From Camelus ferus (lineage: Eukaryota): a stretch of DNA of 64,000 bases. Location of the stretch: positions 9,116,001-9,180,000 of the forward strand of contig NC_045697.1 of assembly GCF_009834535.1 (NCBI RefSeq), in the 5' to 3' direction. Shown piece after piece: positions 26,875-38,350 of this stretch (positions within the stretch are counted from its first letter, which is position 1; each line of letters opens with the position of its first letter). Below the pieces are notes generated by a model. That model worked only from the letters and a program-made list of their open reading frames with translations. It was not told the DNA's origin and did no database searches. The translations under genes and the position numbers were made by a program.

Positions 26875-27243
26875 TTAGATTCCACATATGAGCAATCTCA
26901 TATGGTATTTTTCTTTCTCTTTCTGGCTTACTTCATTTAGAATGACATTCTCCAGGAGCATCCATGTTGCTGCAAATGGTGTTATGTTGTCGGTTTTTAT
27001 GGCTGAGTAGTATTCCATTGTATAAATATACCACATCTTCTTTATCCAGTCACCTGTTGATGGACATTTAGGCTGTTTCCATGTCTTGGCTATTGTAAAT
27101 AATACTGCTACGAACATTGGGGTGCAGGTGTCATCCTGAAGTAGGGTTCCTTCTTGATATATGCCCAGGAGCAGGATTCCTGGGTCATATGGTAAGTCTA
27201 TTCCTAGTCTTTTGAGGAATCTCCATACTGTTTTCCACAGTGG
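26875..27243 (-). pseudogene. LINE-1 ORF2p C-terminal remnant
   Basis: Translation ...[39 protein letters not shown] is the conserved ORF2 C-terminus. Confidence 0.9.
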
Positions 27244-27386
27244 TTTTCCTTGCTTCCCTCTCCCACTCTTAATGATTTAGATGTCTTCTTTTACAATTTT
27301 GTGTTTATTCTATTTGTAATTCATGGTAGTTATCACCTTTCCAGTTATGAGGTTCTCATTTTTGTAGTATCTTGCTTCTTTCCTAT

Positions 27387-28289
27387 TTAGAGTAGACCTG
27401 TCAATATTTCTTTTAGCATGGGTTTAGTGTTGCTAAACTCTTTACATTTTTGCTTGTCTGTAAAGTTCTTTATCTCTCCTTCTATTCTAAAGGATAGCCT
27501 TGCTGGATTGAGTATCCTAGGCTGCATCTTTTTTTAATTCAGGACTTTGAATATATCTTGCCACTCCCTTCTGGCCTGTAGTGTTTGTGTAGAGAAATCA
27601 GCTGAAAGCCTTATGGGGGTTCCCTTGTAACTCACTCTTTGTTTGTCTCTTGCTGCCTTTATGATCATTTCTTTATCCTTGAGTCTGGCCATCTTGATGA
27701 TGATATATCTTGGTGTGAGTCTATTTGGGTTCTTCCTGTTTGGGACCCTCTGAGCCTCCTGTACTTGGATATCTGATTCCTTCTTTAGGTTTGGGAAGTT
27801 TTCAGTCATGATTTCTTCAACTACCTTTTCAATCCCCTTTGTTCTTTCTTCCCCTTGTGGAACCCCTATTATGTGTAGATTGGCACACTTTATATTATCC
27901 CATAGGTCCCTTATATTGTTTTCATTGTTTTTTATTTGTTTTTCTCTCAGCTGTTCTGATTGGGTGCTTTCTGTTGTCCTGTCTTCTAAGTCACTTATTC
28001 GTTCCTCTGCATTACCTAGTCTGCTTTGCACAGCCTTTAGATCAGCTCTCATCTCAGCAAATGAGTTTACTAATTCTACTTGGTTCTTCTTTATAGCTTC
28101 TATTTCATTTTTGACATATTTTATATCTCTAAACACTATTTCTTTTAGTTCCTTCAGTACTTTGATCAGTCCTTTTTTGAAATCTTGATCTATTAGGCCA
28201 TCAATGTCTATTTCCTTGATCGTGCTTTCAGGGGATTTCTCTTGATCTTTTAATTGGGAGTGGTTCCTCTGCTTCTTCATATTGCTCAT
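27387..28289 (-). pseudogene. LINE-1 ORF1p (RNA-binding/chaperone), full length with one in-frame stop
   Basis: MSNMKKQR...LWDNIK..NLHIIGVP..EIMTENFPNL..YKGTPIRLSADFS..ARREW. After TAA at 27534-36 the same frame continues KKMQPRILNPARLSF...LKEILTGLL*; 301 codons in total. Confidence 0.93.
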
Positions 28290-29444
28290 ATCTCTCTGGC
28301 ACTGTGGCTGGTGGGTGGGCAGGGCACTCCCCCTCCTGATGCCGCAGTCAAATGCTGCACTCGGGCGAGGAAGGTGGGCGGATCTCACCCCCTCCAAGCA
28401 CCGTAGTCAGGTGCTGCATTCCTTCAAGGAAGCCGGTTGGCTGCCCACCCTCTCCTGGTGCTGGTTACTCTGCTGCTCTGTGCAGCTGCCTGCTCCACCT
28501 TGGTTGGTGCTCCATAGGCAGGCTCCGGGAAGACCATGGAACAGCCCCGCCCCTGCTCTGTGCCAAATGTCAGCTCCTTGTTTGTCTTGGTGGCGCTAGT
28601 TCTCTGAGGTGCCAGGGCAGAAAGATTCTATCTGCCTCGGGCTGTAAACAAGTCTCAGTCCTGTCTAGGAAGTTGCAGAGCCCCTGGGTGTGGATTCAGG
28701 TCTCAGCCCTGCCCCCACCCAGGCGCTGCGCACAGGAGGAGATGGCAGCTGTCACTGCACCCTGCCTCTCTTCTTGTAAGAAGCACCAGTAATGGCGCCA
28801 TGGGTCTGAGGAGACAAAGGCTATGGCACCGCCTCCCCCCCCCCCCCCCCAGGGAACACCAGCAGTGTTGCTTTGCTTTTGTTGCAATTTATGGGGGACC
28901 GAGGTGGTTCTGCTCCATATCCCCTCCCAGCCATGGCATGCAGCACTCTGCAGTCCCCCGGGGCTGCCTCAGTGTGGCTGTCCTGGTCATCTGCCTGGCT
29001 TGGGCAGCCTGTCCCGGCCCCCAGCTGCCAGCTTGCATCTCAGGCTGGGTGTCGTGGGAACCCTTTGTGCCCATTTAACTTAGTTCTGTAGGCCAAGGGG
29101 TGCTCGGGGGCAGATCTGAGCCTTGAAGACTCCCCCTCTGTCCCACTGGTCTCTCAGTTGGAGGGGGGAGACCCAGCAAATGAGCACTAGTCCTCCTTTG
29201 CCGCTCCCTCCCCACGGGACCAATCCTGCACTGTTTTGCTTTTTTTTTTCTTTCTTTTTTCCTTTTCTCCTATCAGATTTTCGGCATCTTTGGCCTTCAA
29301 AGAGGGCAATGTTCTGGTGGAGTTCTGCAGGTGCTCTGGTTAGCTGAGTAGGTCCGTAGATGTGAGTTTTGGTGTATTTGTGGGAGAGGGTGAGTTATGA
29401 GTGTCCTCTACTCCACCATCTTGCTTCTCTCCATTATTATTATT

Positions 29445-30750
29445 ACTTTTATTGAATTATGGTTGATTTACAATGTGTTAGTTTCTGGTGTACAGCAAAT
29501 ATATATAAATATATTCTTTTTCATATTTGTTTCCATTATGATTTATTCCAGGATATTGGATATAGTTCCCTGTGCTATACAGTAGGACTTTGTTGTTTAT
29601 CTATTTTATATATAGTAGTTTGTATCTACTAATCCAAAACTCCTAGTTCATCCCTTCCCAGCCTTTTTCCTTTGGTAGCTGTAAGCTTGTTTTCTATGTC
29701 TGTGAGTTTCTCTTTTGTAAATAAATTCATTTGTGTCATATTTTAGATTCCACATATAAGTGATATCATATGGTATTTGTCTTTCTCTTTCTGACTTACT
29801 TTACTTAGTATGATACTCTCTAGGTCCATCCATGTTGCTGCAAATGGCATTATTTCATTCTTTTTATGGATGAATAGTATACCATTGTATATAAATACTG
29901 CATCTTTTTTATCCAGTCAGCTGTCAATAGACATTTAGCTTGCTTCCATGTCTTGGCTATTGTAAGTAATGCTGCTATGAACTTTGGGGTTCATGTATTT
30001 TTTGAATTAGAGTTTTCTCTGGATATGTGCCTAGGAGTGGGATTGCTGGATCATGTGGCAATTCTATTTTTAGTTTTTTAAGGAATTTCCATACTGTTTT
30101 CCATAGTGGCTGCACAATTTACATTCCTACCAACAGTGTAGAATGGTTTCCTTTTTTTCCCACAGCCTTTCCAGAATTTGTTATTTATAGACTTCTTAAT
30201 GTTGGCTATTCTAACCAGGGTGAGATGGTACCGTATTGTAATTTGATTTGCATTTCTCTAATAACTAGCAAAAGTGAGACTCTTTTCATGTGCCTATTGG
30301 CCATCTGTGTATCTTCTTTGGAGAAATGTCTATTTAGGTCTTCTGCCCATTTTTTGATTGGATTGTTGGTTTTTTGTTATTAAGTTGTATAAGCTGTTTC
30401 TATATTTTGGAAATTAAGCCCTTGTCAATCTCACGGTTTGCAAATATTTTTTTCCAGTCCATAGATTGTGTTTTCAATTTGTTTATAGTGTCCTTTGCTG
30501 TGCTACAGCTTATACGTTTGATTAGGTCCCATTTGTTTATTTTTGCTTGTATTTCTATTGTCTTGGGAAACTGACCTAGGAAACTGATGAGATGATTTAT
30601 GTCAGAAAATGTTTTGCCTATGTTCTCTTCTAGGGGTTTTATGGTATCATGTCTTTATTTAAGTCTTTAAGCCATTTTGAGTTCATTTTTGTGTATGGTG
30701 TGAGGGAGTGTTGTAACTTCATTGATTTACAAGAAGCTGTACAGCTGAAG
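29445..30750 (-). mobile_element. Older 5'-truncated LINE-1 (3' UTR plus end of ORF2)
   Basis: Antisense L1 text (ttagattccacatataagtgatatc...; gagaaatgtctatttaggtcttctgccc). TSD cagttattatt at 26540-26550 and 30751-30761. Confidence 0.9.
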
Positions 30751-31247
30751 CAGTTATTATTATCCTTAGAAAAAGGTTTAGCTCGAGTGAGTTTACATGA
30801 TTTTGAGCAGCATGACAAGGTAGTAAAAGGGAAAGGTGGGATTTGAACCTGGGCCATTTGGTGCCAAAACTTTTATGCCCATGCATTATACTACATGGTG
30901 GGCAAGTAACAGAGAAATATTTGTTTGGTTGCTAGGATTTTCAGATAATCAAGATATCAATGATGTTAGTGCCTGGTAGTGGTAGTGCTATTCACATAGA
31001 AGATGATCTGGAGTCCTCAGGGACTCATTTATTCTTTCATTTGACAGGCACTATCCTATAGGTTAGACATTTTAAGCAAGTGATATATAGCTGGTGAGAG
31101 CTGTATAATTGACCTTTCTTGATCTGTGGTTCTTTGTTAGCTGTGTCAGGCAGAATTTTAAGATGATCCCAATGACCCTCACCCTTGTCTAGTCTCCTCC
31201 CCTATACTTCCAGCTCCTAAATGTCTAATATAACCTTAACTTTTGGG

Positions 31248-31641
31248 TATATACCTGGTAGATTTTCAGATGCCTCTAAGTATTGTAGTTCTCTTCCTCC
31301 TGAGCATGTGCTACAATTGCACTTTTCTTGCCCCTTGCAGTTAGGCTTGACTGTGTGGCTTGTTCTGGCCAATGAAATGTTAGTGTCTCACTTCTGGGAA
31401 AACACGTTAGAACCAGTTCATAATTGCTATGTCTCCTTCCCTTTGCCACTGTAATCTGCAATGGTTTTGAGAGGACTGCTCTGATGGCCTGAGCTCTGGA
31501 GAGAGGACAACCTAGAGCAGCCTCCAGCTAAGCCACGGTGAGCATTTATGTGAACCAGAAATACATTTCTGTTGTTTTAACCCATTGGGATTGGGGGATT
31601 ATTTGTTACTGTACCATACTCTAGATTATCCTGACAACTAC
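31248..31641 (+). mobile_element. Old MaLR LTR (MLT1I/J-like)
   Basis: Contains cccttgcagttagg...ttctggccaatgaaatg and ends ttatttgttactg...atcctgacaactaca. Confidence 0.65.
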
Positions 31642-32189
31642 AACATATCGGTAAATAGCACTGGGTTCCTCATTCTTGAGTCATTCCAAGGTGGTTACAG
31701 GACACCTGCCAAGTGCAAAGGGCCATTAAAAGAACAGCAACAAAAACAGCAACATAACAACAAAAATAGAAGCAGCAGCCACAGTAGAAGTAAAGACAAC
31801 AGTAGCTCTGCCCCCTGCTCTCTGGATATCCATGGCAATTATAATCACTGTGAGGGTTGCATTGGCTTTTCCAAGAGCTCACTCTTCTTTAAAAGCAAGA
31901 GCTATCTATCCACATTTACCATATAATTTCTCTACAGCTTGTCCTTAGGGTGGAAGAATATTCCACTGGCTGGGTTTATGATGTTCTGCTTCACTCTCTC
32001 TGTCCTGAAGTAAAGTTGAATTATAAAATAGGGCTAGCATTATCTTAGGCAGTCATGCAACAATGGTGTCTGGAGGTGAGTACTGAAATATGTCTTGGGG
32101 CTTTGGGAGATGTTTTCAATTCAATATTCTGTGATCATTGTCCAAAGATTCTTGATAGTGTCCTTTAGGAGTCGCTGAATACAAATAGG

Positions 32190-32224
32190 AAAAAAGAAAA
32201 GAAAAGAAAAGAAAAGAAAAAGAA
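32190..32224. repeat. (AAAAG)n simple repeat
   Basis: Tandem aaaag units. Confidence 0.9.
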
Positions 32225-32714
32225 ACAATCTTGCATTCAGATGCCTTAAACTAATAAATAAGCAAGTAAATGTCTAGAAAATAATTTGTGGATTCAGTAA
32301 GGATAATGACTATAATTTCATGTAAGTATCACAAGGAACATTAATAACTAGTATAATCATATATAATTACATAAACTCACATATATTAGGGCTCGGAGCC
32401 TTGGTAGAAGACTACATGGGTATCAGAAGACTTGGATCTTGTTTCAGCTCATCATTAATCAGCCAGGAAATCTTGGGCAAAAAGCTAAGCTCCTTTACAT
32501 TCCTCAGACTCAGAGAAGTTTGCATTGTCGAGATCTGAAATCTGTAAATTTAGGCTTACAACGGAGCACCCCTCTGCCTGCCCCCACTTCATTAAGTTTG
32601 CTCTTCTTAAAAGTGTGTCACTAATTTTTCTACCAAGTGCTCCTAAAGGCAGAGGCAAAGGAGAGACTACTTCAGTGGGTATCTCTGATCACAGCTCCAA
32701 GTTATCCTTTGCCT

Positions 32715-33248
32715 GTTAGTTACTCACTGCTTTATAACAAATGACACCAATAACAAACCTTTATTATCTCGTAGTTCCTGTGTAGCTGGGATCCAGAAAG
32801 AGCTTGGCTAGGGTCATCTGGTGTCTACAATTAATGAGTCAACTGGAGTTTTAACCATGACAATACTCAAATGTGGAAGGATACACACCCAAGTTCACTT
32901 GACCAGTTGTCAGCAGAAGTCTGTTCCTTGTAGGTGATATGACTGAGGACCTCAGCTCCTTGCTGATCCTTCCTTGCCATGTGAACATCTCAGTAGAACA
33001 GCTGACAGCATGGCCACTGGCTTCATCAGACTGATTAAGTGAGGAGAGATAGACAGGGAGACAGAGAAGGGAAGTCACAGTCTCTCATAACCTAATTTCA
33101 GAAATGTTATCCCATCATTTTGCTGTATTCTATTCTTTAGAAGAAAGTGACTAGGTCAAGCATACTTCAAGGGGAAGAGATTACACAGGGACATAAATAC
33201 TGGGAGGTGGAGATCACTGAGACCATCTTAGAATTCTGCCTGTGACAC
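32715..33248 (-). mobile_element. MaLR LTR (MLT1F-like)
   Basis: Contains gactgaggacctcagctccttgctg and catggccactggcttcatcag; ends accatcttagaattctgcctgtgaca. Confidence 0.7.
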
Positions 33249-35086
33249 CTTGTAAGCCAGATGTGTCTTTGAAACTTTGTGTTTTATCCTTAAAATATAT
33301 GCATATTTGCATTTTATGATAAAGCATATGTTTATTTTAATAGGATGGTAATGTTTGAATTACTCATTATCAGAAAAATAAAAAAGCTTTTCTAGGAAGA
33401 TGCACCCTGCTTATCCACCAAATTTCAGTGTGCCAGCTTGCAGGCATAGACTGTGTTTAGAGGTGCGTGGCATTGGGTCATTTCCATATATCTTCAATTC
33501 TAGTTTCATCATTTATATAGGGGAGGAAATTAAGGCCAGAAAGAGTCAGTGACTTGCTCAAGGTCACTACCCCTCAAGACAATGACAGAGTTAGCACTAG
33601 ATCCTGGGATTCTGGGTTTTGGGTCCAGTGTGGTTTTTTCCAAGACTTTCCTTTTCTTGGGTGTCTACCATCTGCTCCAGTATGCATCACCTATGGCCCT
33701 CAGCATGCTCAGTGTCCAGTACATGTGGCTTGTTCGTCTAGTGATGCTGTAAGGTCTCAAACTCAGGAACCAGGTCCCATTGTTCCTGACCCATTGCTAG
33801 TCACATAAGATGTGCTCAAAGTCTATTACATATACTCTTTTTTTCTTAATTTGGGGAGTCTTGATCATGAAATTCCTGATAGCTACTGAAACATTCTTTT
33901 TCTTCACAATCTCTCAAAATGCTCTCTCACTCTCCTCCAAAGCCCTCACCCAGGCCTTCATCTTTGCTTTTTGGATTTATGCTAACAAGCTCCAAACAAA
34001 TCCCTTGATTCCAAAGTTCTTTTCCATTTTATTACATTCTCCTCCTTTTAGTTTGAGGAGGGAATTTAAAACAGATCTCATTTCCCTGCTGAAAACCCAC
34101 CAATCTATTCCCATTTTTTTCAAATGTGTCTGGTGTCTTAGTTCGGCCAAGTACCATCTTCATGACAAGGTCCTTGGCTTAGTGATTAGTCTCATCTCAT
34201 CCCCCCTTTGGCATGAATCCTACTCAGGGGACCTGCACTCCATGAACATTCCCAAAAAGGCAGCGCTCAGCCCTTGTGCCCACCTCCGTCCTGCACCTTC
34301 AGCTCTGAGTCACCTTTCCTCTCGCCTCTTCTCTCTCCTACTCATTTGTCAAGATGTATCTCAAGCATCCTGCTCTTTGAAGCCTTTTCTGTGGCCCTTC
34401 TCTCCCAAACTGCATTTCCTACCATTTTTCTACACCTCCCCTTCACCTATTATAATTACTCCCTATAACTTCAGTGTGGCACCCAGAACAGGTGCCATCA
34501 ATCACGAATCTCAACAAAAAAGATACAGCAATGAGCTTTTAGGATATCACTTATTGAGTTATTATGACATCTCAAACACTCCACTAAGTATAATACACAT
34601 TGTCCTGCTTTTCTCACAGTAAATTCAAATGTTCAGTATTATGAGCTTTATGAAAAAAGTGAAGTTCAGAGGTTAAAATACACCAGATCTCACAGCTAGT
34701 CCAAGGTGGAGCTGCTCCACCAGTCTGGGTCTGTCTCATGTTCTCACACTATGATCAATTTCTGAGCTTTAGAATGTTGAGGCAAATTATCAGGTAAAAA
34801 CTGAATCAGCGTGACCTGTAGGACATTGTCTCTGCAGTGTTCCTGTGCACACCCTTGTGATTGATCAAATTTGTGCTACATTTGCTAAACCCCAGAAACC
34901 TTCACTTTTCCTAATTAAATTTGAGGATTCATTTGAAATGGCTCCTGGAGGGTGGGTACTAGGAACATGATGTGGGTATCACACAGAGCTGTTCCCCTGC
35001 TTTGTCTCTATAAAGTCTTAATAATTGCCTTTGAAATCCTCACTGATCTGGTCTCTGCATCTGGATTTGGGGCATCAGCTGTTTAC

Positions 35087-35230
35087 AGCAGTGGATCTCA
35101 AGCATTAGCTTGTTAGATACAGATTACTAAACCCTTAGGGTTTCCAATTCAGCAGTGTGAGATGGGGTCTGAGAATCTGCATGTCTAACATGCTCCCAAA
35201 TGATGTTGCCGCTGCTGCTGGTCCATGGAC
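35087..35230. mobile_element. hAT-Charlie MITE, MER5A-like
   Basis: ggggtctgagaatctgcatgtctaacatgctcccaaatgatg...gctgctggtccatggac. Confidence 0.7.
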
Positions 35231-36206
35231 TGCAGATCATCTAATGAAAACCATTGATTTACAGAAATTGCCTGGGAGTACTAGGGGGAAGGAGCCAGTT
35301 GTCCCACCACACAGGAATTAGCCAAACACTGCTCCTCCCACTTGGAGAAGGTTGCAACCACTTTCCAGTCCCTCACCCCAGCTGACCTGCTTTCTAAGCA
35401 ACTAAGAGTGAGATTTTAGGGTCATTTTAAGATAACCGTATAAATTACTTGACATTATTATTATTAAATCAAGATTTTTTTTTTTTTACTTTTTAAATAA
35501 ATATCTTTATTACTTAACTCAAATTTTCTTGGGGCATCTGTTAAAGCATCTTAAGTGATATGGACCTGTACATGAACTTCTGAAAAGTCTCATTTCCTCT
35601 TCGATTCCTTCACTCATCACTATCGCCGTGACTACACTTTTCTTTTTCCCTCCTGTTGAATGAGGAAGGGGTCTCTCCCTCTATCTCAAGTGGACATTTT
35701 GGTTCCCTTCCCTCTAGCTTTACTGAAGTTCTTATTCCAACAATTAACCCCTTTAACTTTCATTTATCAGCCCTTTACCTTGTCCTCTTCAGCATTTAAC
35801 ACGTTCACGTCTCTTCCATCCTTAAAATAATATTCAGAAGATGCTCTTCTTTTCCACTTCAACTGCAAAGCTGAAGACAAAAGTTGACAACCAGACTCTC
35901 CACAGCCCAGAAATTGTTGACATTTCTGAGGCTATGAACACTTACTGGGGGAAGCCCTAGTGGTTTTAGACAAAGCAGTGTTGACCTCATTCTCCTGGAA
36001 AGAAACAGAGAAAGTGCCAGCTTGGCAAATGGCGGGGAAATAGAAGGGAATGTGCTGTTGTTTATGTGAACTGTGCTTGTATGCAGAACATGCCTAAAGA
36101 CATTGACAGGGACTTCAAGAAGAGCATAAGTTCTATATATGGTCACCTTCCTTTTGTAGAACATGTTCAAGAAAAAGTCTCTCTTGTTGAAATCTGAAAT
36201 GTCTTT

Positions 36207-37114
36207 TTTTAAACATTTTTTATTGATTTATAATCATTTTACAATGTTGTGTCAAATTCCAATGTAGAGCACAATTTTTCAGTTATACATGAACATATAT
36301 ATTCATTGTCACATTTTTTTTCTCTGTGAGCTACCGTAAGATCTTGTATATATTTCCCTGTGCTATACAGCATAATCTTGTTTATCTATTCTACAGTTTT
36401 GAAATCCCAGTCTATCTCTTCCCACCCCCTGCCCCCTTGGCAACCACAAGTTTGTATTCTATGTCTGTGAGTCTATTTCTGTTTTGTATTTATGCTTTTT
36501 TTTTTTTTTTTTTTTTTTAGATTCCACATATGAGCAATCTCATATGGTATTTTTCTTTCTCTTTCTGGCTTACTTCACTTAGAATGACATTCTCCAGGAG
36601 CATCCATGTTGCTGCAAATGGCATTATGTTGTTGGTTTTTATGGCTGAGTAGTATTCCTCGTATAAATATACCATGTCTTCTTTATCCAGTCATCTGTTG
36701 ATGGACATTTAGGCTGTTTCCATGTCTTGGCTATTGTAAATAATGCTGCTATGAACATTGGGGTGCAGGTGTCATCCTGAAGTAGGGTTCCTTCTGGATA
36801 TATGCCCAGGAGCAGGATTCCTGGGTCATATGGTAAGTCTATTCCTAGTCTTTTGAGGAATCTCCATACTGTTTTCCACAATGGCTGCACCAAACTGCAT
36901 TCCCACCAGCAGTGAAGGAGGGTTCCCTTTTCTCCACAGCCTCTCCAGCATTTGTCATTTGTGGACTTTTGAATGATGGCCATTCTGACTGGTGTGAGGT
37001 GATACCTCATTGTAGTTTTGATTTGCATTTCTCCGATAATTAGTGATATTGAGCATTTTCTTCATGTGCCTCTTGATCATTTGTATGTCTTCCTTGGAGA
37101 ATTGCTTGTTTAGG
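36207..37114 (-). mobile_element. Young 5'-truncated LINE-1, same family as 26551-29432
   Basis: ORF2 C-terminus ([19 protein letters not shown]...[19 protein letters not shown]) plus 3' UTR. Perfect 14-bp TSD tctgaaatgtcttt at 36193-36206 and 37115-37128. Confidence 0.95.
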
Positions 37115-37734
37115 TCTGAAATGTCTTTGGTTTTAAAAACAAACAAAAACAAATCTGCAGCTTTGCTTTAAGACAGACATTTCTCTGCACTTCACACACA
37201 TGAATAGGTAAGGTTCTTAAAAGAAATGTGAAATAATTTGAATGAAAACTCAGGTAGTTTGATCCAACAAGCCACATCAATTTTATCCCCTGTCCCCCTC
37301 CCCCTCACTGAGGCCTTCAGAAAGAGTTGACAGTAAACTGTCTCTAGTTCTTGAAGTTCAGTTTTAAATTGGCTACAATATGTTCTCTACCCACAAAGGC
37401 AGCACTGACAGCCTTGGGACAGTTCAAAATGATCTCTTAATTTTCAGATTCAGTGGACATACATCAGCCCCTCATTTCACCTAATTGACGCCATTTGACA
37501 CGGTTGACTATTCTCTTCTTTAGAAAACTGTCTTTCCATCTTCATCTTTCACCTTGGTCCTGGTCCTCTGTCTGTCTGTCTTTTCCCAGTCTTTCCAGGC
37601 TGCTTCTCACCCTTTCTTGTCCATCAAATGTTTGCATTTCCCTGGATTTTGTTCCTGGTCCTGTATTACTCTGTAAAAACTCCCTGGGCAAATTCTCATG
37701 GCTTTCCCTCTATCAGTAAACTTCCTCCCAGTCC

Positions 37735-38350
37735 TGGACATTCTTTAAGTCAATGGTTTACCTTCAGAGACATTTTGAAAATTTGTGGGGATTTTTTTTT
37801 TTTTTTCATTATCATGATGAATGAGGGAAAAGAGCTACTGTTATTCAGTAGGCAGGGCCGACGGAGGCTAACATCTTGTGATGCATTGGATTGTCCCTCC
37901 CACACAATAAAGAATTGTTCTATGCTCTGCATGACTTTGAATGTTCATTCTATCATTCATGTGAGTGAAATAAAACCTGATTACATTGGTTGAATCCAGA
38001 AAGTATATCTGTTTTTTTTTTTTTCATAAAATCCTGAAGAATTTTTTTTCCTTTTTGTTATACTTTAAATTTCCAAGAATGAAATGAATGTGCAAATCAA
38101 TAAGTAATTGTACTTTTCTTTTTCAGGATTTTATTCTGAGTAATATTACTGATCACCATTTTGAAAAATCACATTAATGATGACCATATTGTTCATATGA
38201 TTTGCGTCTCCAATTTAACACACTTGTGTCAGTCTGCATTCAAAAGCTTTCCAGTTATTTATACCAATATGCCTAATTATCCCTTATTTTAAAATGCCAC
38301 GTTAAAAAAATCAACAATACTTAGCTGGAAATTACGTTAACATTTCTTTT
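37735..38350. mobile_element. hAT-Charlie element, MER20B-like
   Basis: Contains gagacattttgaaaatttgtgggg, gagctactg...agtaggcagggcc and cccacacaataaagaattg. Confidence 0.55.

Larger units (their letters stand above)
26551..29432 (-). mobile_element. Young LINE-1 with intact 5' UTR and ORF1 but lacking almost all of ORF2 (HAL1-like / spliced-L1-like, 2.9 kb)
   Basis: Sense 5' end ggagagaagcaagatggtgg (YY1-like motif), GC-rich 5' UTR, ORF1, then spacer joined at 27243/27244 directly to the ORF2 C-terminus, then 3' UTR and A-rich tail. Short TSD attatt. Confidence 0.9.

Noticed and set aside
28282..29347. Many overlapping ORFs and CpG-island-like composition
   Set aside because: This is the GC-rich L1 5' UTR, not a cellular promoter or gene.
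33810..34622. 270-aa ORF on the + strand
   Set aside because: L/S/F/P-rich translation of a pyrimidine-rich L2/MIR remnant; no recognisable domain and the start codon is not ATG.
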